Shown here one piece after another: positions 27,717 through 37,670 of a stretch of 64,000 bases of DNA; the stretch's first letter is position 1; each line of letters opens with the position of its first letter. Below the pieces are notes generated by a model. It was not told the DNA's origin. It ran no database searches and saw nothing but the letters and a program-made list of their open reading frames with translations. The position numbers were made by a program, and so were the translations under genes. The stretch spans positions 291-64,290 of the forward strand of contig JAIENU010000011.1 in the NCBI GenBank assembly GCA_019751125.1, written 5' to 3'. The DNA comes from Burkholderiales bacterium (GTDB lineage Bacteria > Pseudomonadota > Gammaproteobacteria > Burkholderiales > SG8-41).

Positions 27717-27744
27717 GTTGTCCTCAGTATTCCAGTATTGGTGG

Positions 27745-28395
27745 TTAGCGTTCTGCACCGTCGAGCGCGCGGGTAACCAGATCCACGCATTCATCAAAGC
27801 TGCGTCGATAGTCCAGCACTTCAAGTGCCTCGAAATCTTCCTGCAACCTTGGGCGATGAGCGGCTATGCGGTCCAGTATGGCTGTGCGCCGGTCATGCAG
27901 GATCGGCCTGATTTCGGCCAATGCCTGCGGCTCTTTCTCCAGCACCATCGCCAGATCAAAGATATCCCGCGCGGTGAATTGCTCGCCGCGATGCCACACC
28001 TTCTTTGCCACGATCTCGGCGGAAGTTTCCACGGCCACCACGCGGCCGAGAAGCTGTTCGGTGCGCGTGGGTTGCTGGGTCAGCGGTCCGGATGCCACAA
28101 AATCAATTTCGCCTTCCGGGAAATACAGCTTCACAAACCCGGACTGCTCGATGTAATGCGTGGTCAGTGATTCGGCGACATCACTCAGGCGCGGACTCAG
28201 AAAACCCAGGCACTGGGGGTCGTTGACAAAAATGTCGATGTCCTTGCTGAACCGATGATGATGCCGGCGCATCAACACAGTGCCGCCACCAAAGCTCCAC
28301 TCGCCCAGCGAGCCACCCGCGGCACTGACCGAATCGATCAGCACCAGTGCCCGACGGAACAGGGTTTCCCAGGCGTTCAGGCGCTCGTCAGCCAT
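27745..28395 (-). CDS. Nucleotidyltransferase AbiEii/AbiGii-family toxin (type IV TA)
   Basis: 216 aa. [24 protein letters not shown] matches the DUF1814/AbiEii NTase core (GG...S.D.D). Confidence 0.75.
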   Translation of the reverse strand: MADERLNAWETLFRRALVLIDSVSAAGGSLGEWSFGGGTVLMRRHHHRFSKDIDIFVNDPQCLGFLSPRLSDVAESLTTHYIEQSGFVKLYFPEGEIDFVASGPLTQQPTRTEQLLGRVVAVETSAEIVAKKVWHRGEQFTARDIFDLAMVLEKEPQALAEIRPILHDRRTAILDRIAAHRPRLQEDFEALEVLDYRRSFDECVDLVTRALDGAER

Positions 28396-28889
28396 GTATC
28401 AACCTTGCGCACGGGGTTGAGGGTATCGGCAATTTTCACAAGATTTTTTTCCACACGTCCCGGCTTGCTCCATCGGCTGACCGTTTCGACCAAGCCTTTT
28501 AACAGAGCGGGCGATGCCTCGTCGAGCAATGAGCGCAGATGAGGGCGCAGCGCGGCCGGCACCGAGCCGGTGAGCAAGATGCGGATCAGCGCATCCTCGG
28601 ACAGGGGCGTTTTATAGCTGACACTCGCGCTGGAGGCGGCCATGCGAATGAAATCCGGTGATGCGGCACTGCTATCAGGCGCCACAGAATCAGGTACCAG
28701 GGTCAGGGCAAGCCCAACCTCGGCAAGGATGGCGCGCAGCCGCTGCACGCCGAGATCGCCGATCAAGCCGTTCTCCAGCTGGTTCAGCGTGGTGCGCGAG
28801 ACACCGGCAGCCCGGGCCAGCTGGGCCTGGGTGAGGCCCAGATCGTTCCGTGCCTGGCGCAGGCGAAAGCCGATGTCGGGTAAACGCAT
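28377..28889 (-). CDS. XRE-family HTH protein, presumed antitoxin partner of the AbiEii-like toxin
   Basis: N-terminal HTH LRQARNDLGLTQAQLARAAGVSRTTLNQLENG plus a C-terminal domain of about 100 aa with unknown family. 19-nt overlap with the toxin gene. Confidence 0.65.
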   Translation of the reverse strand: MRLPDIGFRLRQARNDLGLTQAQLARAAGVSRTTLNQLENGLIGDLGVQRLRAILAEVGLALTLVPDSVAPDSSAASPDFIRMAASSASVSYKTPLSEDALIRILLTGSVPAALRPHLRSLLDEASPALLKGLVETVSRWSKPGRVEKNLVKIADTLNPVRKVDTWLTSA

Positions 28890-28902
28890 GGGCGGTAGTC
28901 TA

Positions 28903-29011
28903 AATGTTTAATATATTGAACATTATAATAAGATATCGGGATAATTCAAGTAGGTATTCAGAAGGAAGTCGTTCTACTTGACATTCAATATAGAACTATA
29001 GAACTATATTG
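28903..29011. promoter_or_regulatory. AT-rich divergent promoter/operator region
   Basis: Near-palindrome GTTTAATATATTGAAC within aatgtt...aacatt (28903-28924). A second palindrome CAATATAG-n10-CTATATTG (28986-29011) contains a tatagaac tandem. The region lies between divergent genes. Confidence 0.45.
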
Positions 29012-29038
29012 GCGCCATCCATTATTGAGGATCCCGCC

Positions 29039-29458
29039 ATGAGAGCCATCGAAGTCGATTTCGACGTCTTCAAAGCCCTGACCCTGCGCCGCCCGACTGA
29101 AAGCGTGACGGAAAACGACGTGCTGCGCGAACTGCTGGGGCTGTCCCCAGCGCCACGCAGCTCGAATGCCGGCGGCGCGCCCACGGCAATTGCGCCAACC
29201 ATCGATCCAGACAGTTGGCTGAGCAAAGGCGTGCGTTTCCCGGCGGGCACGGAATTTCGAGCCCATTACAAAGGTGAAACCCATCTGGCGCGCGTTGAGA
29301 AGGGGGCGTTAGTCCTGGCAGGCAAGCGCTACGACACACCGTCCGCTGCGGCGATGGCCATCACCGGCAGCCCGGTGAACGGCTGGACTTTCTGGGAGTG
29401 CCGCACCCCGGGACAGACCACATGGCGGATGATCAAAACAATGCGCCCACAAAAATAA
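29039..29458 (+). CDS. Small protein with a SeqA-N-terminal-like domain and a DUF4357-like C-terminus
   Basis: The N-terminus MRAIEVDFDVFKALTLRRPTESVTENDVLRELLGL recalls the SeqA N-terminal pattern (IEVDDELY...GESASDILRRML). The C-terminus TPSAAAMAITGSPVNGWTFWE recalls the DUF4357 motif (SPSAAA...NG...W). Start set at ATG 29039; the ORF-track TTG is at 29009. Confidence 0.5.
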   Translation: MRAIEVDFDVFKALTLRRPTESVTENDVLRELLGLSPAPRSSNAGGAPTAIAPTIDPDSWLSKGVRFPAGTEFRAHYKGETHLARVEKGALVLAGKRYDTPSAAAMAITGSPVNGWTFWECRTPGQTTWRMIKTMRPQK

Positions 29459-29530
29459 GCGATCACTGCAATATACGAATCCGGCCAGGTCGGCGCACCA
29501 CCTGATCAGCAGTTACACACAAGGAAAAAA

Positions 29531-30448
29531 ATGAAAGCCGTTTACTTCATGCAAAACGGAGGCCCCGAAGTCCTGCAATACGGCGAGCAGCCCGACCCCG
29601 TAGCCGGCGACGGGCAGGTGGTGGTGGACATCCACGCCGCGAGTGTCAACGGCGCCGACTGGAAAACCCGCTCGGGCTACCACGCCCCCACCAAAAAATT
29701 CCCGCACATCCCCGGGCGCGATTTCTCCGGCGTGATCAGCGCCATCGGGCGCGGTGTGACCGAGTTCAAGATCGGCGATGAAGTCTTCGGCGTGGTGCAT
29801 AGCAGCGACGAACGCTGTTATGCCGAGAAGGTGGCGATCGACGCCGCCATCATCACCAAAAAGCCCGCGCAGTTGAGCCACATCGAAGCGGCGGCGCTGG
29901 GACTGGTCGGACTCACCGCGATTGTCTCGATAGAAAACGCGCTGCAGGTCAAAGCCGGACAGACCGTGCTGGTGCAGGGCGGGGCGGGCGGTGTGGCGAG
30001 TTTTGGCATGCAACTCGCCAAACACCTCGGCGCTCGGGTGATCACCACCTGCAGTGCGGCGAACATTGACTATGTGAAAAGTCTCGGCGCCGACCAGGTG
30101 ATCGATTACAACAAGGAAGATTTCACCAAGGTGCTGAAAGACTGCGACGCCGTGTTCGACACCGTGGGCGGCGAAGTCGCAAAAAACGCCTTCAAGGTGC
30201 TCAAGCGCGGTGGCCGCGCTGCCTTCATCAACGGCCCGGCGCCGACACCGCCTTATGGGGACATGGCCTCGCTCAAGCCCGACGCTACGCGCAAGCGCGC
30301 GCACCTGGATCGCATCGTGCAGCTGGTGACTTCAGGCGCGGTGAAGCTGCCGCAGATCACCACCTATGCGCTGGCGGATGCGCAGGCGGCGCATCGGGTG
30401 AGTGAGGGACGGCATTTGCGGGGGAAGTTGGTGTTCAAAGTGCGGTAA
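29531..30448 (+). CDS. NADPH:quinone oxidoreductase-like, medium-chain (zinc-type ADH superfamily) reductase
   Basis: 305 aa. Contains VVVDIHAASVNGADWKTRSG and a VLVQGGAGGVASFGMQLAK cofactor-binding motif. Confidence 0.85.
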   Translation: MKAVYFMQNGGPEVLQYGEQPDPVAGDGQVVVDIHAASVNGADWKTRSGYHAPTKKFPHIPGRDFSGVISAIGRGVTEFKIGDEVFGVVHSSDERCYAEKVAIDAAIITKKPAQLSHIEAAALGLVGLTAIVSIENALQVKAGQTVLVQGGAGGVASFGMQLAKHLGARVITTCSAANIDYVKSLGADQVIDYNKEDFTKVLKDCDAVFDTVGGEVAKNAFKVLKRGGRAAFINGPAPTPPYGDMASLKPDATRKRAHLDRIVQLVTSGAVKLPQITTYALADAQAAHRVSEGRHLRGKLVFKVR

Positions 30449-30471
30449 TTTACGAAGCGCCAATTGATCTT

Positions 30472-30506
30472 TGTAAAACCAGTTGTTTTTGTTTTGATTA
30501 TTTTCA
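30472..30506 (-). repeat. AT-rich intergenic element (core AAAAACAA), divergent copy d, just upstream of hsdM
   Basis: The reverse complement reads tgaaaataatcaaaacAAAAACAActggttttaca. The core ttgttttt is at 30483-30490. Confidence 0.4.
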
Positions 30507-30518
30507 GGAAATGGGTTC

Positions 30519-33026
30519 ATGCCGTTAACTCTGCCTCAGCTCGAACGCCATCTTTTCAAGGCCGCTGACATATTGCGCGGCAAGATGGATGCCTCGGAGT
30601 TCAAGGAATACATCTTCGGGATGCTGTTCCTGAAGCGTTGTTCGGATGTCTATGAGCAACGGCGAGAAGAAATCATCAAGCAGGAGATGGATGCAGGCAA
30701 GAGCAAGGCGGAAGCCGAGCAGTCCGCCGAGAATCCGCGTTTTTACAAGATCGACGGTTATTTCTGGATGCCGGAGCGATCGCGTTACAAATATCTGCTG
30801 AACGAAGCGCACCAGAACGTTGGCGACACGCTGAACAAGGCGTTGGCCGGCGTCGAGTCATCCAACCTGAGCATGTCGGATGTGCTGGCACATATCGACT
30901 TCACCCGCCGCGTCGGGCAAAGCAAGATACCGGACATCAAGCTGCGCCAGCTCATCACCCATTTTGCGACTTACCGGCTGCGCAATGAGGACTTCGAGTT
31001 CCCGGACCTGCTGGGTGCGGCCTACGAATACCTGATTGGTGAATTTGCCGACTCCGCCGGCAAAAAGGGCGGTGAGTTCTACACGCCTCGATCGGTGGTG
31101 CGCATGATGGTGCGTTTACTCAAGCCCGAGCAGCAGCACGATATTTACGATCCCTGCTGCGGTTCCGGCGGCATGCTGATCGCAGCTAAGGAATTCATCG
31201 ACGAGCATGGCGGCACCGGACGCAATGCCAAGCTGTTCGGGCAGGAATTCAACGGAACCGTGTGGTCCATCGCCAAGATGAACATGTTGCTGCACGGCAT
31301 CAGCAGCGCCAGCCTGGAGAACGAGGATACGCTGGCCGATCCGCGCCACGTCGAAGGTGGTGAACTCAAACGCTTTGACCGCGTGCTGACCAATCCGCCG
31401 TTTTCCATCAACTGGGGCAACACTGAAAAGAACAACGACGGTACGCCGGCATGGGCGCCGAAGTTCCCGGAGCGTTTCAAATACGGCCAGGTGCCGCTGG
31501 GCGCCAAGAAAGCCGACCTCATGTTTCTGCAACACATGCTGGCGGTCACGCGAGATGGCGGCATGGTGGCGACAGTCATGCCGCACGGTGTGCTGTTCCG
31601 CGGCGGCGAGGAGCGCACCATCCGTGCCGGCATCATCGACGCCGACCTGCTGGAGGCCGTGATCGGCGTCGCGCCGAATCTGTTTTACGGCACCGGCATC
31701 CCCGCTTGCATCCTCGTGCTGCGTCAGCAGGTGCAGCACGGCGCCAACCGCGTCAGCGGCAAACCCGCTGCACGGCAGGGCAAGGTTCTGTTCATCAATG
31801 CGGACCGCGAATATTTCGAGGGCCGGGCGCAGAACTACCTGCTGCCCGAGCACATCGAGAAAATCGTCACTACCTTCGACGAATTCCGGGCGGTGCCCGG
31901 CTTTTCGGCCATTGTGGATCTTGCCAAGCTCAAGGCCAACGACTACAACCTCAACATCCGCCGCTATGCCGACAATGCCCCGCCGCCGGAGCCGCACGAC
32001 GTGCGGGCTCATCTGGTCGGCGGCGTGCCCAAGGCCGAAGTCGAGGCGAAAGCAGTGCTGTTCAAGGCGCACGGTCTCAACCCGCCGGACCTGTTCGTCG
32101 AGCGCGATACCAAGTACTTTGATTTTGCCCCTGCATTGCAGCAGCGCCAGCACCTCAAGCCCGCCATCGAAACCAACGCCGGGCTGGTGGCGAAAGAGGC
32201 GGCGATCCGGGACGCCTTCGAGCAGTGGTGGCAGGCGCACAGCGCCCGCATCACCGCGCTGTCCGGGCAGACCGACAACGTGGCGGGGCTCGTCGCCCTG
32301 CGCAACGAACTGCTGGCCAGTTTCAGTGAGACACTGGAAGCCGTCGGCATGCTCGATCCCATCCAGGTGCGCGGCATCGTTGCAGGTTTCTGGTATCAGA
32401 CCAAATACGAATTCTTGACCCTGATGGCGCGCGGCGCAAAAGGCGTGGCCGATGCCTGGCGCACCAGCATCGTCACCGCGCTGGAGGACAGAGCCAGCAA
32501 GGAAAGCCCGCTGGAGCACAAGCTGGTCAAGTTTCTGATGGGGGATTTTGTCGAGGTCATCAACGAACTGGAGGCGAAAAAGGCGGAACTCGACAGCCAG
32601 ATCAAGGCCGCCAGCCCGAAGGGCGACGATGAGGACAGCGGTGAGGGGGAGGGGGAGGGGGAGGGGGGCGCGGAAGAAGGGGATGACGACAACGTGGTGG
32701 ACGAGGCGCAGCTCAAAGCCTGGAAGAAGGAGCTGACCGCAGTCAAAAAACAGCTCAAGGCCAAGATGGACAGTTTCTCGGAGCATCTCAACCGCGAGGT
32801 CGATGGGCTCACGCCCGAAGCTGCCGCCGAATTGCTGCTCACTATCCTGCACAACGACATGCGGGCCATACTGGAACGCTATATCGCCGCACAGCGCAAA
32901 GACATTGTCGCGGCCTTCGAGAACTGGTGGGACAAATATCGAGTGACGTTGGCCGAGATTGAGGGTGAGCGGGATGCGGCGGCGCAGGCGCTGCAAGGGT
33001 TCTTGAAAGGGTTGAGGTATGTCTGA
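30519..33026 (+). CDS. hsdM: Type I restriction-modification system methyltransferase subunit M (long form, 835 aa)
   Basis: HsdM_N-like start [36 protein letters not shown] motif [10 protein letters not shown] and catalytic NPPF. A C-terminal extension of about 330 aa includes the acidic low-complexity tract [23 protein letters not shown]. Confidence 0.95.
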   Translation: MPLTLPQLERHLFKAADILRGKMDASEFKEYIFGMLFLKRCSDVYEQRREEIIKQEMDAGKSKAEAEQSAENPRFYKIDGYFWMPERSRYKYLLNEAHQNVGDTLNKALAGVESSNLSMSDVLAHIDFTRRVGQSKIPDIKLRQLITHFATYRLRNEDFEFPDLLGAAYEYLIGEFADSAGKKGGEFYTPRSVVRMMVRLLKPEQQHDIYDPCCGSGGMLIAAKEFIDEHGGTGRNAKLFGQEFNGTVWSIAKMNMLLHGISSASLENEDTLADPRHVEGGELKRFDRVLTNPPFSINWGNTEKNNDGTPAWAPKFPERFKYGQVPLGAKKADLMFLQHMLAVTRDGGMVATVMPHGVLFRGGEERTIRAGIIDADLLEAVIGVAPNLFYGTGIPACILVLRQQVQHGANRVSGKPAARQGKVLFINADREYFEGRAQNYLLPEHIEKIVTTFDEFRAVPGFSAIVDLAKLKANDYNLNIRRYADNAPPPEPHDVRAHLVGGVPKAEVEAKAVLFKAHGLNPPDLFVERDTKYFDFAPALQQRQHLKPAIETNAGLVAKEAAIRDAFEQWWQAHSARITALSGQTDNVAGLVALRNELLASFSETLEAVGMLDPIQVRGIVAGFWYQTKYEFLTLMARGAKGVADAWRTSIVTALEDRASKESPLEHKLVKFLMGDFVEVINELEAKKAELDSQIKAASPKGDDEDSGEGEGEGEGGAEEGDDDNVVDEAQLKAWKKELTAVKKQLKAKMDSFSEHLNREVDGLTPEAAAELLLTILHNDMRAILERYIAAQRKDIVAAFENWWDKYRVTLAEIEGERDAAAQALQGFLKGLRYV
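32645..32668 (+). repeat. G5-A-G5-A-G5-A-G6 tract, (GAGGGG)n hexanucleotide repeat and canonical G-quadruplex motif inside hsdM
   Basis: Read directly: ggggg a ggggg a ggggg a gggggg on the coding strand. It is in frame and encodes the (EG)n part of the acidic linker. Confidence 0.9.
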
Positions 33027-34344
33027 GCGTTGGCAAACCGACCGCCTCGGTAAGTATTGCTACATCAAAGCGCGGATCGGATGGCGCGGACTTTCGGCGT
33101 CTGAATACACAGAGTCAGGGCCCTTCTTGATCGCAGGAAAGCATATCGAAAGTGGCGTGATTGACTGGAACGCTTGTGATCATATCTCTGAATTCCGGTA
33201 TCGCGAGTCTTCGGAAATTGCGCTCGCGGAGGGCGATGTAATCATCACAAAAGATGGCACCATTGGGCGTGTTGCTCGAATTGATTGCCTTCCTGGAAAA
33301 GCGACGATTAATGGAACGATGATGCTCATTCGACCTGAGCGGGGCATCCATTATGGTTACCTTTATCATGTTCTGAATGGCGCTGAATTCAAGAAACTAA
33401 TCGAGGACAAGGTGTCTGGGAGCTCGATTCCGCACATCTTTCAGCGGGACATGGTTGCCTTGCCAATCTCGTTTCCGCCAATTGAACATCAGGCGAAGTT
33501 GGCCCAAGTTCTCGATACCCTCGACACCGCCATCCACGAAACCGAGGCGATCATCGCCAAGCTCAAGGCCGTCAAGCAGGGGCTGCTGCAAAACCTGCTG
33601 ACGCGCGGCATCGACGCCAACGGCGAATTGCGCCCGCCCCAATCCGAAGCGCCGCAACTCTACAAGGAATCGCCTTTGGGGTGGATACCGAAGGAGTGGG
33701 ATTTTTCGTCTTTAACCAGCCTAGGAACTGATGGATTAAATAACGGTGTGTTCAAAGAACCTCGGCGTGTTGGTTCCGGTATTGCATTGGTCAACGTTGC
33801 TGACCTATATAGGGGCGATAGTGTCAGCTTGGATGATTGTGAACGCTTCGCCGCCACAGATGCAGAGCGCTCGCGTTACTCGGCAAGGCAGGGTGATATT
33901 TTCTTCACGCGTAGTTCGTTGAAGCTGGAGGGAATAGCTCAGACAAGTTTTCTAGCGGTCGAAACTGACTCGGCAGTCTTCGAGTGCCACGTCATGCGCC
34001 TTCGCCCAAACAGAGTAAAAGTGGTGCCACGCTTTCTCAAAGAATGGTGCGTTGGTATCCATGCGAGAAAGCACTTCATGGCCCAGGCGAAGCAAGTAAC
34101 TATGACAACGATTTCCCAAGATGGAATTGCTAGCCTTGACTGCCCAAGGCCGCCGCTTAAGGAGCAGCTCGAAGCGGTGCGCAGAATGGAGTCGGTCGAT
34201 AGTAGGCTAAACGCGGAGGTGTTGACCGCGAAGAAGTTGAGTGCGGAGAAGCGGGCGTTAATGGATGATCTACTTACTGGCCGCGTCCGCGTCACTCCTC
34301 TGCTGGCGCAGGCTGCTCGATCCGGGGAAACAGCGAGCGCCTGA
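33019..34344 (+). CDS. hsdS: Type I restriction-modification system specificity subunit S
   Basis: 441 aa. Two lower-GC target-recognition regions are separated by conserved helical spacers ([22 protein letters not shown]; [21 protein letters not shown]). 8-nt overlap with hsdM and 1-nt overlap with hsdR. Confidence 0.9.
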   Translation: MSERWQTDRLGKYCYIKARIGWRGLSASEYTESGPFLIAGKHIESGVIDWNACDHISEFRYRESSEIALAEGDVIITKDGTIGRVARIDCLPGKATINGTMMLIRPERGIHYGYLYHVLNGAEFKKLIEDKVSGSSIPHIFQRDMVALPISFPPIEHQAKLAQVLDTLDTAIHETEAIIAKLKAVKQGLLQNLLTRGIDANGELRPPQSEAPQLYKESPLGWIPKEWDFSSLTSLGTDGLNNGVFKEPRRVGSGIALVNVADLYRGDSVSLDDCERFAATDAERSRYSARQGDIFFTRSSLKLEGIAQTSFLAVETDSAVFECHVMRLRPNRVKVVPRFLKEWCVGIHARKHFMAQAKQVTMTTISQDGIASLDCPRPPLKEQLEAVRRMESVDSRLNAEVLTAKKLSAEKRALMDDLLTGRVRVTPLLAQAARSGETASA

Positions 34345-37300
34345 TGGGCTGGGAACTCGAAGACGTTGAAAAGCCCTTCATCGCACAATTGCACATGATG
34401 GGCTGGACGCATGTCGAGGGCGACATCGACGATCCGGCGGTCACATCCCGTTCGAGTTTTTCTGAAGTCATCCAGGAGCCGGTGCTGCGCGAGCGGCTGC
34501 GTGCGCTGAACCCTGGACCGGACGGCAAACCCTGGCTCGACGATGCTCGCCTCTCGGAAGCCATTTCCGCGCTCACCCGGCTGGGCCGCCACAAGCTGAT
34601 GGAGGCCAACGAAAAGGCCACGGAGCTGCTGGTGAAGGGCATCACGGTCGAGGGCCTGCCGGGCTGGGATGGCGGGCGCGGGCAGACCATCCGCTACATT
34701 GACTGGGATCATCCTGAAAGCAACCGCTACACAGTGGTCAACCAGTACCGGGTGGATTGCCTACCGGGATTCAATAGTGCCAAGCAGTTCATCGTGCCCG
34801 ATCTGGTGCTGCTGGTGAACGGCATCCCGCTGGTGGTGGTGGAGTGCAAAAGCCCGTCCATCCCGGAGCCACTGGCGGATGCGGTGGATCAACTGCGTCG
34901 CTACAGCAACCAGCGCAAGGCGGCCTTCGAGGTCGAGGACAACGAAGGCAACGAGCCGTTATTTGCCACCAACCAGTTGCTGATTGCCACCAGCTACGAC
35001 GAGGCGCGCGTGGGCTGCGTGGGTGCGGCGTTCGAGCATTACGCGCAGTGGAAGACGGTAGCCGGGGTGGATGGTGCGGGCGCGGAGTCCGAGGTGGCGC
35101 AGGCACTGGGAAGGGACGGCCTGTCGGAGCAGGAGCGGCTGATTGCTGGGATGCTGAGGCCTTCACAACTACTTGATTTAATTAAATATTTTGTCTTGTT
35201 CCTGCAGAAAGACGGGCAAGCCATCAAGACGGTGTGCCGTTACCAGCAATACCGGGCGGTGAACCGGGCGATTGAACGGCTGAAAACCGGCAAGACCCGC
35301 GCGCAGCACGGCGAGCACGACGAGCGCGGCGGCATCATCTGGCACACCCAGGGTTCGGGTAAGTCGCTGACCATGGTATTTCTGGTGCGCAAGATGCGCG
35401 CCGATCCGCAGCTGCGGCGCTTCAAGGTGATCGTGGTCACCGACCGCAAGGACCTGCAGCGCCAGTTGTCGGTGACGGCCACGCTGACCGGCGAGACGGT
35501 GGAAGTGGCCGACAGCAGCCGTGGTATTCGCGTGCTGGCGCGGCAGCAACGGCCGGGGCTGGTGTTCGCGACGATCCAGAAATACCGCGATACCGATACT
35601 GCGGCTGAGGCAGCACCGGCAGCGGAGGGGCAGAAGAAACTCCTCAAAGCCGCCGAACCCGCCAAGCCGTACAAGGCGGGCGAGCTCTACGAGGTGCTCA
35701 ACGATTCCGAGGATATCCTCGTGCTGGTGGACGAGGCGCACCGCACGCAGGCGGGCGATCTGCACGCGAGTCTGCTTGCCGGATTACCTAACTGCGCCCG
35801 TATCGGCTTTACTGGCACGCCGATCATCATGGGCGAGAAAAAGCGTACCCATGAGATTTTCGGGGAGTTCATCGACCGCTACACCATCCGCCAGTCGGAG
35901 GAGGACGGCGCGACGGTGCCAGTACTCTACGAGGGGCGCACGGCGCACGGCGCGGTCAAGGACGGCGGCAGCCTCGACGAGCTGTTCGAGGACCTGTTCC
36001 GCCAGCACAGTGCCGAGGAACTGGAGGCGATCCGCAAAAAATACGCAACCAAGGGCCATATTTTCGATGCGCCGGCGCTGATTGCGGATAAGGCACGCGA
36101 CATCTTGCGCCATTATGTGACCAACATCCTGCCCAATGGCTACAAGGCGCAGGTGGTGGCGTATAGCCGGCTGGCGGCGATACGCTATTTCGAGTCGCTG
36201 CTGGCTGCGCGCGACGAACTGCTGGCGGAAGCCGAGGCCCTGACGCCTGCGGACAAGATGCTCGACGACGAGGCGCTGTGCCAGCGCCCGCCCAAAGTGC
36301 AGGCGGTGATCCAGGCCTGGCGCTACCGGGATACGCTGGCGAAGATCCAGTTCGCGCCGATCATCTCGGGTAGTAACAACGATGATCCGGCGTGGAAACC
36401 GTGGACGGACGGCCACGCACAAGAACAACTGATCAAGCGCTTCAAGAAGCCACTGTCGCATGCGCAGCCTGATAAAAGCGATCCACTGGCATTCCTGGTG
36501 GTGAAGTCGATGCTGCTGACGGGTTTTGATGCACCGATTGCCGGCGTGATGTACCTCGATCGGCCGATCCGTGAGGCGGAGCTGCTGCAGGCTATCGCGC
36601 GGGTGAACCGCACGGGCTACGGCAAACGCTGCGGCATCGTGGTGGATTATTACGGAGTGGCGCAGCACCTCAAGGAGGCGCTGTCTGCCTATGCGGACGA
36701 GGATGTCGAGGGCGCGCTGGCCAGCCTGAAGGACGAGATTCCGGTGTTGCGTGACCGGCATCTGCGGGTGGTGGATCTGTTCCGGCGTTCGGGGATCGAC
36801 AGCCTGCAGGATACCGAGGCCTGTGTGGAGCTGCTGGGCAATGAAAAGCTGCGTGCCGAGTTTTCGGTCAAGCTGAAGGCATTTTTGGCATCACTGGATA
36901 CGGTGTTGCCGCGTCCCGAAGGGCTGCCGTTTTCTGGCGATGCCAAACGGCTGGCCTATATCTATGCTCGAGCGCGGAACCGTTACAAGGATACGCCGGT
37001 GCTGGGCAAGGATGTTGGTGCCAAGGTGCGCAAGCTAATCGACGACCATGTGATTTCTCTGGGCGTTGATCCCAAGATTCCGCCCATTCAGCTGATGGAT
37101 GCCGATTTTGATGAGCATTTGGGGCGGTCAGCCAACAATCGCGCCAAGGCTTCGGAGATGGAACACGCAATCCGCGCACATATCCGCAAGCATGTGGACG
37201 AGGACCCGGTGCTGTATCGCAAGCTGTCGGAGCGCCTGAACGACATCCTGCGTTCGATGGACGAGCAATGGGATGATGTGATCGCGCAGTTGCAGCAGTT

Positions 37301-37670
37301 GATTGACGAACTGCGTTCCGGACAAGTCGGCGACGGGTCTGCGCCGCAGGATTTGCCCGGACACTGCGCGCCGTTTTTGAGGACGGTGCTGGATGTGACC
37401 CATGCGGGCGGCAAACCCTCGCCGCAGGAGTTGTTGCACTTGAAAGATGTCACTATGGAACTGGTCGATCTGCTGGTTCAGGAATTGCAGGGCAATCCCG
37501 ATATCTGGAAACCCTACAAGCGCGCCGATCAGGAAAATCTCAATGGCCGTCTGTTTGATTACCTGATGCGCCTGCGGCCTCCGCTGGTGGATGCCGACAA
37601 AGCGGGCCAGTTGGCGGATCGGCTGATTGATCAGGCGCGTGCCAATCACGAGATGCTGGTGAACGTATGA
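34344..37670 (+). CDS. hsdR: Type I restriction endonuclease subunit R
   Basis: 1108 aa. N-terminal nuclease region (PDLVLLVNGIPLVVVECKSP, a PD-ExK motif) and SF2 helicase motifs (HTQGSGKSLTM, LVLVDEAHRTQ, FTGTP, QAIARVNR). Confidence 0.95.
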   Translation: MGWELEDVEKPFIAQLHMMGWTHVEGDIDDPAVTSRSSFSEVIQEPVLRERLRALNPGPDGKPWLDDARLSEAISALTRLGRHKLMEANEKATELLVKGITVEGLPGWDGGRGQTIRYIDWDHPESNRYTVVNQYRVDCLPGFNSAKQFIVPDLVLLVNGIPLVVVECKSPSIPEPLADAVDQLRRYSNQRKAAFEVEDNEGNEPLFATNQLLIATSYDEARVGCVGAAFEHYAQWKTVAGVDGAGAESEVAQALGRDGLSEQERLIAGMLRPSQLLDLIKYFVLFLQKDGQAIKTVCRYQQYRAVNRAIERLKTGKTRAQHGEHDERGGIIWHTQGSGKSLTMVFLVRKMRADPQLRRFKVIVVTDRKDLQRQLSVTATLTGETVEVADSSRGIRVLARQQRPGLVFATIQKYRDTDTAAEAAPAAEGQKKLLKAAEPAKPYKAGELYEVLNDSEDILVLVDEAHRTQAGDLHASLLAGLPNCARIGFTGTPIIMGEKKRTHEIFGEFIDRYTIRQSEEDGATVPVLYEGRTAHGAVKDGGSLDELFEDLFRQHSAEELEAIRKKYATKGHIFDAPALIADKARDILRHYVTNILPNGYKAQVVAYSRLAAIRYFESLLAARDELLAEAEALTPADKMLDDEALCQRPPKVQAVIQAWRYRDTLAKIQFAPIISGSNNDDPAWKPWTDGHAQEQLIKRFKKPLSHAQPDKSDPLAFLVVKSMLLTGFDAPIAGVMYLDRPIREAELLQAIARVNRTGYGKRCGIVVDYYGVAQHLKEALSAYADEDVEGALASLKDEIPVLRDRHLRVVDLFRRSGIDSLQDTEACVELLGNEKLRAEFSVKLKAFLASLDTVLPRPEGLPFSGDAKRLAYIYARARNRYKDTPVLGKDVGAKVRKLIDDHVISLGVDPKIPPIQLMDADFDEHLGRSANNRAKASEMEHAIRAHIRKHVDEDPVLYRKLSERLNDILRSMDEQWDDVIAQLQQLIDELRSGQVGDGSAPQDLPGHCAPFLRTVLDVTHAGGKPSPQELLHLKDVTMELVDLLVQELQGNPDIWKPYKRADQENLNGRLFDYLMRLRPPLVDADKAGQLADRLIDQARANHEMLVNV

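Noticed and set aside
29531-30448. The MDR quinone oxidoreductase as a component of the defence system.
   Set aside because: It is an ordinary-looking NADPH:quinone reductase with background-like GC content. No known defence role or gene coupling is visible, since it has its own SD and spacers on both sides. It is probably a passenger or a remnant of the original locus.
32640-32670. Could the GAGGGG repeat be a CRISPR-like array or a phase-variation switch?
   Set aside because: There are only four contiguous 6-nt units with no spacers, so it is not a CRISPR array. The unit length is a multiple of three, so slippage cannot switch hsdM on and off by frameshift. I kept it only as a G4 and length-polymorphism candidate.
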